DNA of 61,343 bases from Gemmatimonadota bacterium (GCA_039589315.1 JBDHHQ010000029.1:1-61343), one strand, 5' to 3'. Positions 38,014-48,463 are shown, counted from the first letter of the stretch. Notes: generated from the letters alone by a model not told the origin. Numbers and translations: made by a program.

Positions 38014-39039
38014 GTGACTGCTGACCTCCCCCGCCCGGCCCATCATGGGGCCGACGGCCGATTCAGGGTGCCCTGGGGATCGCCGGATGACGCGCGCGGC
38101 GTGGCGGATCTCGCGCGCTGGGCCGTGGAGCGGCTTCGCAACGGCGGGCCGCCCGGGGTGCCCCCGAATCCGTTGCCCCGGACCACGTCGGACGTGGCGC
38201 AGCCCCGTGCACCCGCCGGTGACATCCGGATCACCTGGGTCGGTCACGCCACGACACTGATCCAGATGGGCGGCTTGAACGTGCTCACCGATCCCGTCTG
38301 GAGCCGCCGGGTTTCCCCGGTGCAGTGGGCCGGCCCCGCTCGCGTGGAGGGGCCCGGGCTTGAATTCGACGCGCTGCCCCCGGTGGACGTCGTGCTCATC
38401 TCCCACGACCACTACGACCATCTGGACCACCCCACGGTGCGGCGGCTCGTAGACCGGGGTGGCCCGGGCACCACCTGGTGCGCCCCCAAGGGCTACCGGA
38501 GGTGGCTCCGTCGCCGCGGTGCCGAGAACATCGTGGAGCTGGACTGGTGGGAGGGCGCGACGGTCTCCCGGAGCGAAGCGGCGGTGACCTTCCAGGCGCT
38601 TCCGGCCCAGCACTGGACCCGGAGAAGCGCCGGCGGGATGAACCGTCGCCTCTGGGCTTCCTGGGCGCTGCAGGGAGCGGACGGCGGGAAGCTCTACTTC
38701 GCGGGGGACTCCGGGTACTGCCCGGCGTTCGAGGAGATCGGAGGACGCGCGGGCCCCTTCGACGCGTCCCTGATTCCCATCGGCGCCTACGAGCCACGCT
38801 GGTTCATGAGGCCACACCACATGAACCCGGAGGAGGCGGTCCGCACCTACCTCGACCTCGGGGGTCAAGGCACCTTCATGGGGATCCACTGGGGCACGTT
38901 CATCCTCACGGACGAGCCGGTGGTGGAGCCCCCAAAGCGGGCGCGGGTCGCCTGGGCGGACGCCGGCCTGGCACCGGCGGACCTGTGGATCCCGGCCTTC
39001 GGTGAGACCCGGGTCGTGGAGCTGTCGGACCCGCGGTGA
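38014..39039 (+). CDS. MBL-fold hydrolase, NAPE-PLD/RomA-like
   Basis: TWVGHAT, LTDPVWS, SHDHYDHLD, FAGDSGY, PIGAYEPRW, IHWGTF. Confidence 0.9.
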   Translation: MTADLPRPAHHGADGRFRVPWGSPDDARGVADLARWAVERLRNGGPPGVPPNPLPRTTSDVAQPRAPAGDIRITWVGHATTLIQMGGLNVLTDPVWSRRVSPVQWAGPARVEGPGLEFDALPPVDVVLISHDHYDHLDHPTVRRLVDRGGPGTTWCAPKGYRRWLRRRGAENIVELDWWEGATVSRSEAAVTFQALPAQHWTRRSAGGMNRRLWASWALQGADGGKLYFAGDSGYCPAFEEIGGRAGPFDASLIPIGAYEPRWFMRPHHMNPEEAVRTYLDLGGQGTFMGIHWGTFILTDEPVVEPPKRARVAWADAGLAPADLWIPAFGETRVVELSDPR

Positions 39040-39049
39040 GAAGGCGCCG

Positions 39050-41620
39050 TCAGCGGCCGCCCGCTGCCTCGCTTCGCCTCGCCCGGTACACGGCCCGGGC
39101 TTCCTCGAACTGGGCGTAGACGTGGTCCTGCTCGGCGCGTGAGCGCCACCCGGGCCACGCCTCGGCCATCTCCTGGAGCTTGTCGATCCAACGGATCGCG
39201 TAATCGGCCGCCTCGACGCTCCGCACCGGTCGGCCGTCCACGGTCACCCAGATCGGATTGGTGAACGCCTGGGGGTAGCTCGTATCCAGCGCCCCGCGGT
39301 CGTCGGGCGCACCCTCCACCCGAAGATGGTACCAACCGCTCCGTGGGGGCGTCAGGTCTCGAATGACCTGCAGCGCCCTGCGGTCGCCGTCGAACGCGAA
39401 CTCCTCTACGACCTCACCGTCGAACACCAGCTCGGCCCTCCGCAGAGGGACGACGGAGGTGACGCGCGCCTCCAGGCGAACCGACTGGCCCGCGGTGATC
39501 TCGACCCGCTCGCCGGGGATCTTGCCGCCCACCGTGAGCTCGACGAGCGGGCCGCTGGAGACGAACGAGTGGCCCCGCCGGAGGCCTTCGTACCATCCCT
39601 CCATCGAAAGCCGGCCGTCCGGGGTGTGCACATAGGTGCGAATGGAGCCCACGAGCGGGGTCGCGTGCAGGTTGCTGATGGAGTCCTCTCCCCCCACTGC
39701 CACGGCGCTCAGCCCGTTGCTCCAGACGGCGTAGAGCGGAGCGAAGCCGTCCTGGGGCGTCGACCATTCCACGGCGTCGGCGGCGGCCAGGGCGGCGTCG
39801 ACGATGAAGCCCTTGGCACCCCCGAGGTCGTCGTCCAGGGGATCGCCGAACCAGAACGAGTGGACGTATCCGGTGGTGGCGCCCTGGTCCTTCGCCTTCC
39901 GCAGCATGTCCGTGTTGGACGGGTAGAGGCTCTCGATCGCGGTGCCCTCGTAGCCGGTCGTGTAGGGCGAGATCAGGTGGTCCCTGAGACCCATCATGAA
40001 CACGTGCCCGTAGAACGGCGGACGGTACTCCTGGCCCACGACCACCACCATGTCCGGTCGCGAAACGGGGTGGGCCCCGCCCCCGGGCACGAAGAGGTGA
40101 TAGTCGAGGATCCGGTTGTCCTTGTTGGCGATCTGCTCGTTGACGATGTCCTGGTCCTCGGCCTCGGACATCATCATGAGGTTTTCCAGGCTGTTGTGGA
40201 GGTTGCCGGCGTAATTGGCGTGCACGTGGGTCGAGCCGCTGAACCAGCCTCGCGCCCCCATGTCGGCCAGGCGCTCCAGCCGCACGGTCAGCTCGGTGGT
40301 CTCGCCGGCCACGACCTCCACCGTGCGCTCGGTGGGCTCGTACTCGAAGCCCTTGACGACCACGAGGCGCGCGGGACCCTCGGGCAGCTCCACCTCGAAG
40401 GTGCCGGTGTGGTGGAAGATCCAGTCGCCCGCTCGGTTGTTCCGACCGTAGGCGTCGGTGGGCGCGTAGAACTTCCCGTCCGCGGCGGTCAGATGGACCC
40501 GGGAGCCGGTTGCGGCTCCGCCGTCCGCGTCGGTGGTGGTCACCCGCAGCCGGCCGACCGGACGCGCCCAGCGACGCTCCGTGATGTCCACCTCCACCAG
40601 CTTGCCTCCGTACGTCTCCAGCAGGGCCAGGCGGGGAAGCCCCCCTCGGTTCGAGATGAAGGCGATCCACTCGCCGTCGGGCGACCACCGGGGGTGGAAG
40701 GCGTCGTGCTCGTAGAACGTCAGCTTGTACGGCTCGCCGCCTACAGTGGGCTGGACGTAGAGGTTGTTGAACTGGTCGGCGGTGGCCCGGGTCGAGGAGT
40801 ACACGAACCGCTTGCCGTCGATGGACACGTGCGGCTGAGTCCGGTAGAGGGTCTGCTCCTGGAGAACGACCCTCGCCTGGCTGATGCCGTCGGCGCGGGC
40901 GGGCACCCGTAGCACGTTGCCGCTGCCGAGGGCCGTGTCGCGGTTGGACACCAGCAGCAGCTCCTGCCCGTCAGGCAGCCAGGCCGGCGTCAGGTGCATG
41001 TCCCAGGAGCCGAAGTAGAGCCGGTTGCGGCCGAAGGAGTTGTCGGACGTCACATGGACCTCCTCACCCGCCCAACGCCCGTCGGCGAAGTCGCGGACGA
41101 AGACGTTGTAGTACCCCGACGGACGGGAGGCCGTGTAGGCGAGCCGGGACCCGTCGGGGCTGAAGCGCGGGTCGACGGTGACCTGGCCGTCTTCGGTGAG
41201 GGGGCGGCGCTCGCCCGTCTCGAGGTCGATCACCTCGAGCTCGATGGTGCGGCCGTGGTCGTCGGCCGTGAAGACCAGCCAGCGGCCGTCTGGCGAGAAC
41301 TCGGGTGAGGAGTAGTACTTGGGCCCGTGCACGAGCTCTTCCGCGACGCCGGTCTCGGGGGTCACCAGCCAAATGGAGCCGCTCATGGACACGGCGACGT
41401 GAGCTCCGTTCGGCGACCAGCTCGGATACCACGGCGTCGAGGCCGGGGCGGGCGGGAGCAGGTAGTTCTGCATGTAGTTCCCGCCGTGCCGGACCGTCGG
41501 ATACCCACCGAAGGGGGTCATCTCGGGGGCTTGCGCGACCACCTCCCCCGCGGCGGCGGTACAGGCCGTGAGGACCAGGATCACGAGCGAACGCCCGACG
41601 CCGTCACTCGGGAGGCTCAT
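39050..41620 (-). CDS. Secreted TolB-like beta-propeller plus PHP-like metallohydrolase (CehA/McbA-like)
   Basis: PD40-like repeats (PSWSPNG, PEFSPDG, PRFSPDG, PRWSPDG), STHVH, GQEYR, GH, AFTNPIWV. Confidence 0.8.
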   Translation of the reverse strand: MSLPSDGVGRSLVILVLTACTAAAGEVVAQAPEMTPFGGYPTVRHGGNYMQNYLLPPAPASTPWYPSWSPNGAHVAVSMSGSIWLVTPETGVAEELVHGPKYYSSPEFSPDGRWLVFTADDHGRTIELEVIDLETGERRPLTEDGQVTVDPRFSPDGSRLAYTASRPSGYYNVFVRDFADGRWAGEEVHVTSDNSFGRNRLYFGSWDMHLTPAWLPDGQELLLVSNRDTALGSGNVLRVPARADGISQARVVLQEQTLYRTQPHVSIDGKRFVYSSTRATADQFNNLYVQPTVGGEPYKLTFYEHDAFHPRWSPDGEWIAFISNRGGLPRLALLETYGGKLVEVDITERRWARPVGRLRVTTTDADGGAATGSRVHLTAADGKFYAPTDAYGRNNRAGDWIFHHTGTFEVELPEGPARLVVVKGFEYEPTERTVEVVAGETTELTVRLERLADMGARGWFSGSTHVHANYAGNLHNSLENLMMMSEAEDQDIVNEQIANKDNRILDYHLFVPGGGAHPVSRPDMVVVVGQEYRPPFYGHVFMMGLRDHLISPYTTGYEGTAIESLYPSNTDMLRKAKDQGATTGYVHSFWFGDPLDDDLGGAKGFIVDAALAAADAVEWSTPQDGFAPLYAVWSNGLSAVAVGGEDSISNLHATPLVGSIRTYVHTPDGRLSMEGWYEGLRRGHSFVSSGPLVELTVGGKIPGERVEITAGQSVRLEARVTSVVPLRRAELVFDGEVVEEFAFDGDRRALQVIRDLTPPRSGWYHLRVEGAPDDRGALDTSYPQAFTNPIWVTVDGRPVRSVEAADYAIRWIDKLQEMAEAWPGWRSRAEQDHVYAQFEEARAVYRARRSEAAGGR

Positions 41621-41674
41621 GCCGTAGCTCCACGGGGCCGGGGACACCGGGCAGCGAGATGCCGGCTCACCCCG

Positions 41675-42805
41675 TCACCCCGCCAGCTTGGGGAAGGCGA
41701 ACGACGCGTACGCCAGCTCGTTGCCGGCGAAGAAGCCGAAGATGTCGCTGCGGAACACCTTCCAGGAGTCGTACACGCTGCGGAAGCTCGCGTTGGCGGC
41801 CGCCTGCTCTTCCAGGTACGCGTTCGACTCCCGCCATGCCGCCTCCAGGATGTCGTCCGAGTACCTGCGGAGGGTCACGCCGTGGTCGTTCACCAGCCGG
41901 GCCAGGGCTTTGGGATTCTCGGCGTCGTAGCGGGAGAGCTGGTCCATGACCATCTCCCGGCTGGTCGTCTGGATGATCTGCTGGTAGTTGGACGGCAGCT
42001 CGTCCCACGCTCGTCGACCGACCTGGAGGGTCGCCGCGAGTCCGGGCTCCCACCAGCCCGGGTAGTAGTAGTAGGGCGCGATCTCGTAGAAGCCCAGCTT
42101 CTCGTCGTCGTAGGGGCCGACCCACTCGGTGGCGTCGATGGCGCCGCGCTCCAGCGCCGGGTAGATATCGCCCCCGGCAAGAACCTGGACGGTGACCCCT
42201 AGCCGGTTCATCACCTCTCCGCCGATCCCCGGGATGCGGAAACGGAGTCCCTGCAGGTCGGCGAGCGTGTCCACGGGCTCGCGGAACCAGCCGCCCATCT
42301 GGGCACCGGTGTTTCCGCACATGAACGGCACGATGCCGAAGTCGGCGTAGACGTCGGAGACGAGCTCTCGTCCGCCGCCGTGGAACCACCAGGCGGTCTG
42401 CTGCCGGGAGGTGAGTCCGAAGGGCACCGTGCTCTCGAACGCCAGGGCGGGGTTCTTGCCGATGTAGTAGTACCCGCCCGTGTAGCCCGCCTGGACCGTC
42501 CCCTGCTGGACCGCGTCCATCACCTGGAGGCCCGGGACCAGCTCGCCGGAGGCGTACACGCGGATGTTGAAACGGCCCCCCGACAGCGCCGAGACCCGCT
42601 CGGCCAATCGATCGGCCGCCCCGTGCAGAAGGTCGAGGTTGGGTGTGAAGCTCGTGGCAAGGCGCCAGTCGACCTCGGGGCCAGTGGCCGCGACCTGGCC
42701 TCCGTCCGTGGCTGGCGTGTCTGCCTGAGGGCCACACGCCACGGCGGCGCCGGCGGCGCCCACGGCCGCCTTTTTCACGAAGCTGCGTCGATTCAGTGAT
42801 TCCAT
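41675..42805 (-). CDS. TRAP transporter solute-binding protein (DctP/TakP-like), Tat-exported
   Basis: NRRSFVK Tat motif, GNTGAQMGGWF, RIPGIGG, ALERGAIDATEWVGPYDD, YPGWWE. Confidence 0.92.
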   Translation of the reverse strand: MESLNRRSFVKKAAVGAAGAAVACGPQADTPATDGGQVAATGPEVDWRLATSFTPNLDLLHGAADRLAERVSALSGGRFNIRVYASGELVPGLQVMDAVQQGTVQAGYTGGYYYIGKNPALAFESTVPFGLTSRQQTAWWFHGGGRELVSDVYADFGIVPFMCGNTGAQMGGWFREPVDTLADLQGLRFRIPGIGGEVMNRLGVTVQVLAGGDIYPALERGAIDATEWVGPYDDEKLGFYEIAPYYYYPGWWEPGLAATLQVGRRAWDELPSNYQQIIQTTSREMVMDQLSRYDAENPKALARLVNDHGVTLRRYSDDILEAAWRESNAYLEEQAAANASFRSVYDSWKVFRSDIFGFFAGNELAYASFAFPKLAG

Positions 42806-43014
42806 TGCGTCTGCCCTGCCATTCGGCGAGTCGATGACGGGAAGGGGCGAAGCTAATGGCTGGCCGGCGGCAAGGCCAAAGTTGTCGCTCGCGCCGCTGG
42901 CGGGCATCTGGCTCCACGGCTCGAATCCAGGTAGCCTGATGTCCCTGCGCCGGCTCGAGCCACCCTCGGCACGGGCCCACATGCGACTCCCCCAACCGCT
43001 TCGGAGGAGGGTTG

Positions 43015-43512
43015 ATGGCGATCCGCGTGTTCGTCACCGGCGGGACCTTCGACAAGGACTACGACGAGATCCGGGGCACGCTGTTCTTCAAGGACACGCA
43101 CCTTCCCGCCATGCTCGCAAAGGGTCGCTGCCGACTCGAGATCTCGCTGCGCACGTTGATGATGATCGACAGCATGGAGATGTCGATGGACGACCGGCTG
43201 CTCATCGCGCGTAACTGCAGGGGCGTCCGTGAGGACCGCATCGTCATCACACACGGCACCGATACGATGGTGGACACGGCCCGGGTCCTGGCACGAGAGG
43301 TGCCGGAGAAGACCATCGTGCTCACGGGCGCCATGATCCCCTGGGCGTTCGGCAGCTCCGACGGGCTATTCAACCTGGGCAGCGCCCTGTCCTTCGTTCA
43401 GCTGCTGCCGCCGGGCGTCTACATCGCCATGAACGGGCAGTACTTCCCCTGGGACACGGTGCGGAAGGACAGGGAGGCGGGGGTCTTCCGTCCTGTTCGG
43501 CGCGATGATTGA
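43015..43512 (+). CDS. Short asparaginase-domain protein
   Basis: TGGTFDK, HGTDTM, LTGAM; GGAGG RBS. Confidence 0.88.
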   Translation: MAIRVFVTGGTFDKDYDEIRGTLFFKDTHLPAMLAKGRCRLEISLRTLMMIDSMEMSMDDRLLIARNCRGVREDRIVITHGTDTMVDTARVLAREVPEKTIVLTGAMIPWAFGSSDGLFNLGSALSFVQLLPPGVYIAMNGQYFPWDTVRKDREAGVFRPVRRDD

Positions 43513-43659
43513 CGGCGCCCATGGCCGGCGTCCCCGGCGCCGGCTCGAACCGGGGCGTGGGTTGGCCTGCGCACCCCGTGAGCGGCTTTCGCACGTGTAG
43601 CCTCGAACGGCCGGCCCAGGGGCGCCGAAGGCGAGCGGTCGGCCTCCGGGGCCCTCCGG

Positions 43660-44445
43660 TTACGCTGGCGCGATGGCCAGGACCCGAAGGGGACTCCCGC
43701 TCCCGTCCACGATCTTGAGGGGAGCGGCGATCACGACGGCGCCCGTGGCGGGGAGCTGATCGAGGTTGCGCAGGCTGGCCAACCCGAACTTCCCCGCGCC
43801 GTGCATGATCGAGTGGTTCGGAAAAGGCGGATCGAAGGTCCCCGCCTGGCCGGCGTCCGTCCCCACCGTCTCGACGCCCACGCCCAGGACTCCCCGCCCG
43901 TTGGCGAGGAGCTCGGAGGCCTCCTTGCTGAACCCGGGCGAGTGGGGGCCGTCGTCGGCCACGTTGAGGAATGCTTCGGCGCCCGTGCGGCGGCTCCAGC
44001 CCGTCCGTAGCAAGACCCACGATCCCGTCTCGATCGGGCCATGCTCGGCCTCCCAATCCTCGATCCCCGAGGGCGCGAGCAGGAAGTCCGGGTTCAGCGC
44101 CACCTCGGCCTCCACGTCGATCACGCACGCGGGCCCCACGAAGCGGCCCACGGGGATCGTGTCGCAGGTGTTGTCCGGAAGGTCCTTGCCCGTGACCCAG
44201 TGGACCGGGGCGTCGAAGTGGGTGCCGGTATGCTCACCCAGGTGGAGCGTGTTCCAATACCACGCCGGACCGTTGTCGTCGTAGCGGGAGATCACGTCGA
44301 TGGTCACGCCGGGCGAGCTGGAGAAGATGGGCGGCAGCCCGATGACCGGGGTGTCCGGACCCAGCGGTTGGGTCAGGTCCACCACGCGGAGGCTCCCAGC
44401 CCTGAGCTCGTCCACGAGTTGCCGCAACACGCTCGACATGATCAC
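43660..44445 (-). CDS. Cyclase-family amidohydrolase (kynurenine formamidase/isatin hydrolase-like)
   Basis: DLTQPL, EHTGTHFDAP, LLRTGW, GSGSPLR. Confidence 0.9.
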   Translation of the reverse strand: MIMSSVLRQLVDELRAGSLRVVDLTQPLGPDTPVIGLPPIFSSSPGVTIDVISRYDDNGPAWYWNTLHLGEHTGTHFDAPVHWVTGKDLPDNTCDTIPVGRFVGPACVIDVEAEVALNPDFLLAPSGIEDWEAEHGPIETGSWVLLRTGWSRRTGAEAFLNVADDGPHSPGFSKEASELLANGRGVLGVGVETVGTDAGQAGTFDPPFPNHSIMHGAGKFGLASLRNLDQLPATGAVVIAAPLKIVDGSGSPLRVLAIAPA

Positions 44446-45047
44446 TCCTCCTCTGTGCCTTCCGCGCCGCGAAGCTGCGCGAGGTGGCGCTGGAATTGGA
44501 AGCGGTTCTCCAGGAGGCCCAGGGGCGTGACGAACCCCCGGGTCCCCAACGGGGGTTCGTAGTGGGCCTCCACCTTGGCGACGATCGTGGTGAGCTGCCG
44601 CCGCTCCAGGGCCCCCTGCACCGCATCGGCAAAGGCCTGGACGGAGTCGACCGTCTCGGTGTTCGGGACCCCGGCGGCCACCGCGATGCCCGCGATGTCG
44701 GTGCCGGTGGACGTGGCGGTCGGGAAGCCGCCCACGGAAAGGAGGCTCTCGTTGTCGAACACCACGTGCACCAGGTTGGGCGGCCGGTAGCGGGCCAGGG
44801 TGCTGAACGTCCCCAGGTTCATCAGGACGGAGCCGTCGCCGTCCAACACCACGACCGGCAGCTCGGGTCGGCAGAGCGCGATGCCCAGACCCATGGACGA
44901 CGCCAATCCCATGGCGTGCTGCAGGTAGAAGTGGTTGGGACGGTGGCCCAGAGACTGGAGCTCGGCGGCGACCGCGCCCATGATCGTGACCACGATGCAG
45001 TCCTCGAGCCTGTCGTAGACGGCGGCCAGCGCGTCGAGTCGCCGCAT
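44442..45047 (-). CDS. TPP-dependent decarboxylase beta subunit (ComE-like)
   Basis: AMGLASSMGLG, DGDGSVLMN, FDN; TGATG overlap with the alpha gene. Confidence 0.85.
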   Translation of the reverse strand: MRRLDALAAVYDRLEDCIVVTIMGAVAAELQSLGHRPNHFYLQHAMGLASSMGLGIALCRPELPVVVLDGDGSVLMNLGTFSTLARYRPPNLVHVVFDNESLLSVGGFPTATSTGTDIAGIAVAAGVPNTETVDSVQAFADAVQGALERRQLTTIVAKVEAHYEPPLGTRGFVTPLGLLENRFQFQRHLAQLRGAEGTEEE

Positions 45048-45562
45048 CACGCGTCCTCCCACATGAGGTCCCGGCCCAGGAGCAGGGCCACGGGCCGGTT
45101 GGACGCGTACGCCAGCGTCAACGCCTTGGCGACCGAGGCGCGCACCTTGGCGGGCTCATTCAGGCCCTCGTAAGGGATCCGGAGAGCATCGAGGACGTGC
45201 CGCGTCACCAGACCGCCTTCCGTCTGCCAGGGATCGGGTTCGCCGAACTCCCCACGGGCGCTGACGAGCATCAGGAGTGGGATGCGGAAGAGCTGCGCGC
45301 CCGAAACGATGCCGTTCACCGAGGCCAGGAGGCCATGGTTCTGCATCAGCATGGCCGAGCGCGTGCCCGCCAGGTGCGCGCCGGCCGAGATCCCCACGCC
45401 CTCCTCCTCCTTGGCGAGGCGGACCAGGATCATCTCGGGATCCTCGTCGGCCATCCGGATCAGGTGCACCAGCCACGTCTCCGGTAGCGCCGAGACGAGT
45501 CCGACGCCGCTCTCCTTCAACGCGTCATAGATCAGGCGGGAGCTGTCGACGGATACGGGCAC
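45047..45562 (-). CDS. TPP-dependent decarboxylase alpha subunit (ComD-like)
   Basis: KEEEGVGISAGA, MQNHG, SARG, WQ; GTG start inferred. Confidence 0.85.
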   Translation of the reverse strand: MPVSVDSSRLIYDALKESGVGLVSALPETWLVHLIRMADEDPEMILVRLAKEEEGVGISAGAHLAGTRSAMLMQNHGLLASVNGIVSGAQLFRIPLLMLVSARGEFGEPDPWQTEGGLVTRHVLDALRIPYEGLNEPAKVRASVAKALTLAYASNRPVALLLGRDLMWEDA

Positions 45563-45783
45563 GGGTGCTCCGATCGGGTCGGTACCAAGAAGACGGCCAA
45601 GATGCTCCAAGGGTCCCCAGACTTCAAGCGCTGTCGCGGCACGCTCTTGCACGCCTCCCTCCGCCCATCCACGTTGCAGCCCCCGAAGAAGAGGGCCGTC
45701 GCCAAGGGCGGATCGGTCGCGCGGCGCCCCCGTGCGATGCCCGCCACGGCCCGAAGCGTCCGTTCATGACACCGGAGGTCCCC

Positions 45784-46539
45784 ATGTCCCTCGTCCTTGC
45801 CGCGTTGCTGGCGGTGTCGGCTCCGAACCCGGCCGCGGACCCACCGGGCCCGGTCCAGGACGCGCAGCTCTACCGGGTGGTCAACGTGCGCGCGGCACCG
45901 GGACGGCTGCTGGATCTCATCGAGCTGCACCGGGACCGGATGGCCCTTCTCGAGTCTCTCGGGGAAGCGCCGGGGTTCTGGATGCGCCACAGCCAGGGCG
46001 ATCACTGGGACCTCATGTTCATCCAGCCCATGGAGAGCATGGGGACCTTCTTCGATGGGGCGCGGCTGCGGCGGGTGCGGGAGGCCCGCTCTCCCGGCGG
46101 GCGCACCGGCGGGGAGCTCGCGCTGGCCATCGGCGAGGCCACGGCCTGGCGTGAGGAGCTGTTCGCTGCCGGACCAGTGCTGGACGTGGTTGGCAACCGA
46201 TTCGATGGCGCCGGGCTCTTCCACGTCGAGATGTTCATCGCCCTCCCAGGGAAGCGCGCGGAGCTGCTCCGGGAGCGGGAGATGGAGAACGCCTATCTGG
46301 CGGAGCTCGGCCGGGACGAGAACCTGATCTTCGTGCGGGTCGCCGGCGCGGCCTGGGACTCCTTCACGCTCGGCTCCTACCGGGACCTGCATCACTACGC
46401 CGAGGCAGGGAGTCGGCCCCCGGAGGCCCAACAGGCCGCGGCTCTGGCGGCGGGTTTCGAGGGCGCCGATCGTATCGGGCCCTACCTGAGGGAGCTCATC
46501 GCCTCGCACCACGACACGTTGGCGGTACCCCTGGGCTGA
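45784..46539 (+). CDS. Secreted hypothetical protein with two NIPSNAP-like units
   Basis: Signal peptide; repeated APG/LPG..L...WD pattern; GGAGG RBS. Confidence 0.65.
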   Translation: MSLVLAALLAVSAPNPAADPPGPVQDAQLYRVVNVRAAPGRLLDLIELHRDRMALLESLGEAPGFWMRHSQGDHWDLMFIQPMESMGTFFDGARLRRVREARSPGGRTGGELALAIGEATAWREELFAAGPVLDVVGNRFDGAGLFHVEMFIALPGKRAELLREREMENAYLAELGRDENLIFVRVAGAAWDSFTLGSYRDLHHYAEAGSRPPEAQQAAALAAGFEGADRIGPYLRELIASHHDTLAVPLG

Positions 46540-46596
46540 GCCCACGATGGCTGTGACGCTATATTGGAGCGTCGGACCGCCCACAGAGAAAGACCA

Positions 46597-47208
46597 ATGA
46601 GCGAGAAGAAGACCACCCCCGTCGAGTTCACCGACCTGGCTCGGGACACGGTTCTCCACTTCATGGACATGGAGGAGGACGGTGGCCTGGCCGTACGTAT
46701 CCGTGTGGCGAGCCCGAGCCCCCTGGACCCCCGCTACGAGATCACGCTGATCGAGGCCGGCGACGTCTCTCCGGAGGACGTCACCTTCGGCGATTACGGC
46801 TTCGAAGTGGTGATGGAGCCGCAAAGCGCCAAGCTTCTGGAGGGCGCGCGGATCGACTGGATCGAGACGCTGAACGAAAGCGGCTTCAAGGTCGAGAACC
46901 CGAACCTCGCCCCGGTGGGCTCCAAGCCGTTGGAAGGACCCCTGGCGGACAGGGTGAAGCAGGTCATCGATCAGTACGTCAACCCGGGCGTGGCGCAACA
47001 CGGCGGCTTCGTGACGCTGGTCGAGGTGCGCGAGAGCGCCGCGTTCGTGGAGTTGCAGGGAGGGTGTCAAGGGTGTGGCCTGGCTTCCGTCACCCTCCGC
47101 CAGGGCATCGAGCGGATCATCAAGGACCAGGTGCCCGAGATCGAGTCGGTGGAGGATGTGACCAACCACCAGGCCGGCAGTAACCCCTACTTTTCGGCCT
47201 CCAAGTAG
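46597..47208 (+). CDS. nfuA: Fe-S cluster carrier NfuA
   Basis: Degenerate A-type carrier domain (GFKVENPN) plus NifU-C VNPGVAQHGG..GGCQGC..DVTNH. Confidence 0.85.
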   Translation: MSEKKTTPVEFTDLARDTVLHFMDMEEDGGLAVRIRVASPSPLDPRYEITLIEAGDVSPEDVTFGDYGFEVVMEPQSAKLLEGARIDWIETLNESGFKVENPNLAPVGSKPLEGPLADRVKQVIDQYVNPGVAQHGGFVTLVEVRESAAFVELQGGCQGCGLASVTLRQGIERIIKDQVPEIESVEDVTNHQAGSNPYFSASK

Positions 47209-47227
47209 GTTTCCCGGCCCGGGTCCA

Positions 47228-48463
47228 GTGCCCCGCATCCTGCTGGTTCTGGCCCGGCGCACGTATCGGGCCGAGGCGTTCCTCGACGCAGCCCACGCCC
47301 TCGGCTCCCGCGTCACCGTGGCCTCCGACCACAAGGCGTCCCTGGGGTCCCTGGCGCCGGACGACAACCTGACGCTCCACTTCGACGACGTGCCCGGCTC
47401 CGTGGCCAGGGTCGAGGCGCTCGCTCGCCGGGCACCCCTCGATGCAGTCGTGGCGGCCGAGGACGAGGGCGTGATCCTCGCGGCGGAGGTGGCCCTGGCG
47501 TTGGGGCTCCGTCACGCGTCGCCGGACGCGGTCCGGACGGCCCGGGACAAGGCGCGGCTCCGGGAGTCCATGTACGCCCAGCACCTGCCCGTGCCCGAGT
47601 TCACCGTGGTCGAGCCGGAGGAGCGCGCGCAGGAGGCAGCGGCCCGGGCTCCCTATCCGTGCGTGCTCAAGCCCTTGTCTCTCTCGGCGAGCCGTGGGGT
47701 GATCCGGGCCGACCATGGGGACGGCTTCGCCGTGGCGCTCGAGCGGGTACGCCGGATCATCGCGAAGGAGAGCCACGGCGCTGCGGGGCGGGTCCTCGTG
47801 GAGGCGTTCCTGCCAGGACGCGAGGTGGCCGTGGAGGGTCTCCTGCGCGGCGGCCGACTCGAGACGCTGGCACTGCTGGACAAGCCCGACCCCATGGACG
47901 GGCCCTTCTTCGAGGAGACCTTGCTCGTCACGCCGTCCCGGCTGCCCGACTCGCTGCAGGACGCGGTCCGGACCCATGTCCAGAGGGTGGCCGCTGCCAT
48001 CGGCCTGGACGAGGGACCCGTGCACGCGGAGCTACGTGTCGACGACGACCGGGTCCGTCTCCTGGAGATCGCGCCCCGCTCCATCGGCGGCCGGTGCTCC
48101 CGGATGCTGCGCTTCGAGGGCGGCCTCATGCTGGAAGAGGTGTTGCTTCGAACAGCTCTGGACAGCGGGGTCGCACCGCCGCCGCTGGAGGGCGGTGCCT
48201 CGGGGGTCATGATGCTCCCGATCCCGAAGGCTGGCGTCCTCCGGCGGGTCGGTGGCCAGGGGCGGGCGCGCATGGTGCCGGGCATCGAGTGGCTCGAGAT
48301 CACGGCGCCCCTGGGCCAGCCCGTGGCACCACCCCCGGAAGGGAGCCGCTACCTCGGCTTCCTGTTCGCCCGGGCGGACACCCCCGAGGCCGTGGAGGCG
48401 GCGCTCCGCCGGGCACACGGATGCCTGGGTCCGGTCGTGGATGCCGACGAGGCCACGGGGTGA
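47228..48463 (+). CDS. ATP-grasp domain protein
   Basis: RDKARLR, PCVLKPLSLSASRGV, VEAFLPGREVAVE, HAELR, EIAPR. Confidence 0.88.
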   Translation: MPRILLVLARRTYRAEAFLDAAHALGSRVTVASDHKASLGSLAPDDNLTLHFDDVPGSVARVEALARRAPLDAVVAAEDEGVILAAEVALALGLRHASPDAVRTARDKARLRESMYAQHLPVPEFTVVEPEERAQEAAARAPYPCVLKPLSLSASRGVIRADHGDGFAVALERVRRIIAKESHGAAGRVLVEAFLPGREVAVEGLLRGGRLETLALLDKPDPMDGPFFEETLLVTPSRLPDSLQDAVRTHVQRVAAAIGLDEGPVHAELRVDDDRVRLLEIAPRSIGGRCSRMLRFEGGLMLEEVLLRTALDSGVAPPPLEGGASGVMMLPIPKAGVLRRVGGQGRARMVPGIEWLEITAPLGQPVAPPPEGSRYLGFLFARADTPEAVEAALRRAHGCLGPVVDADEATG

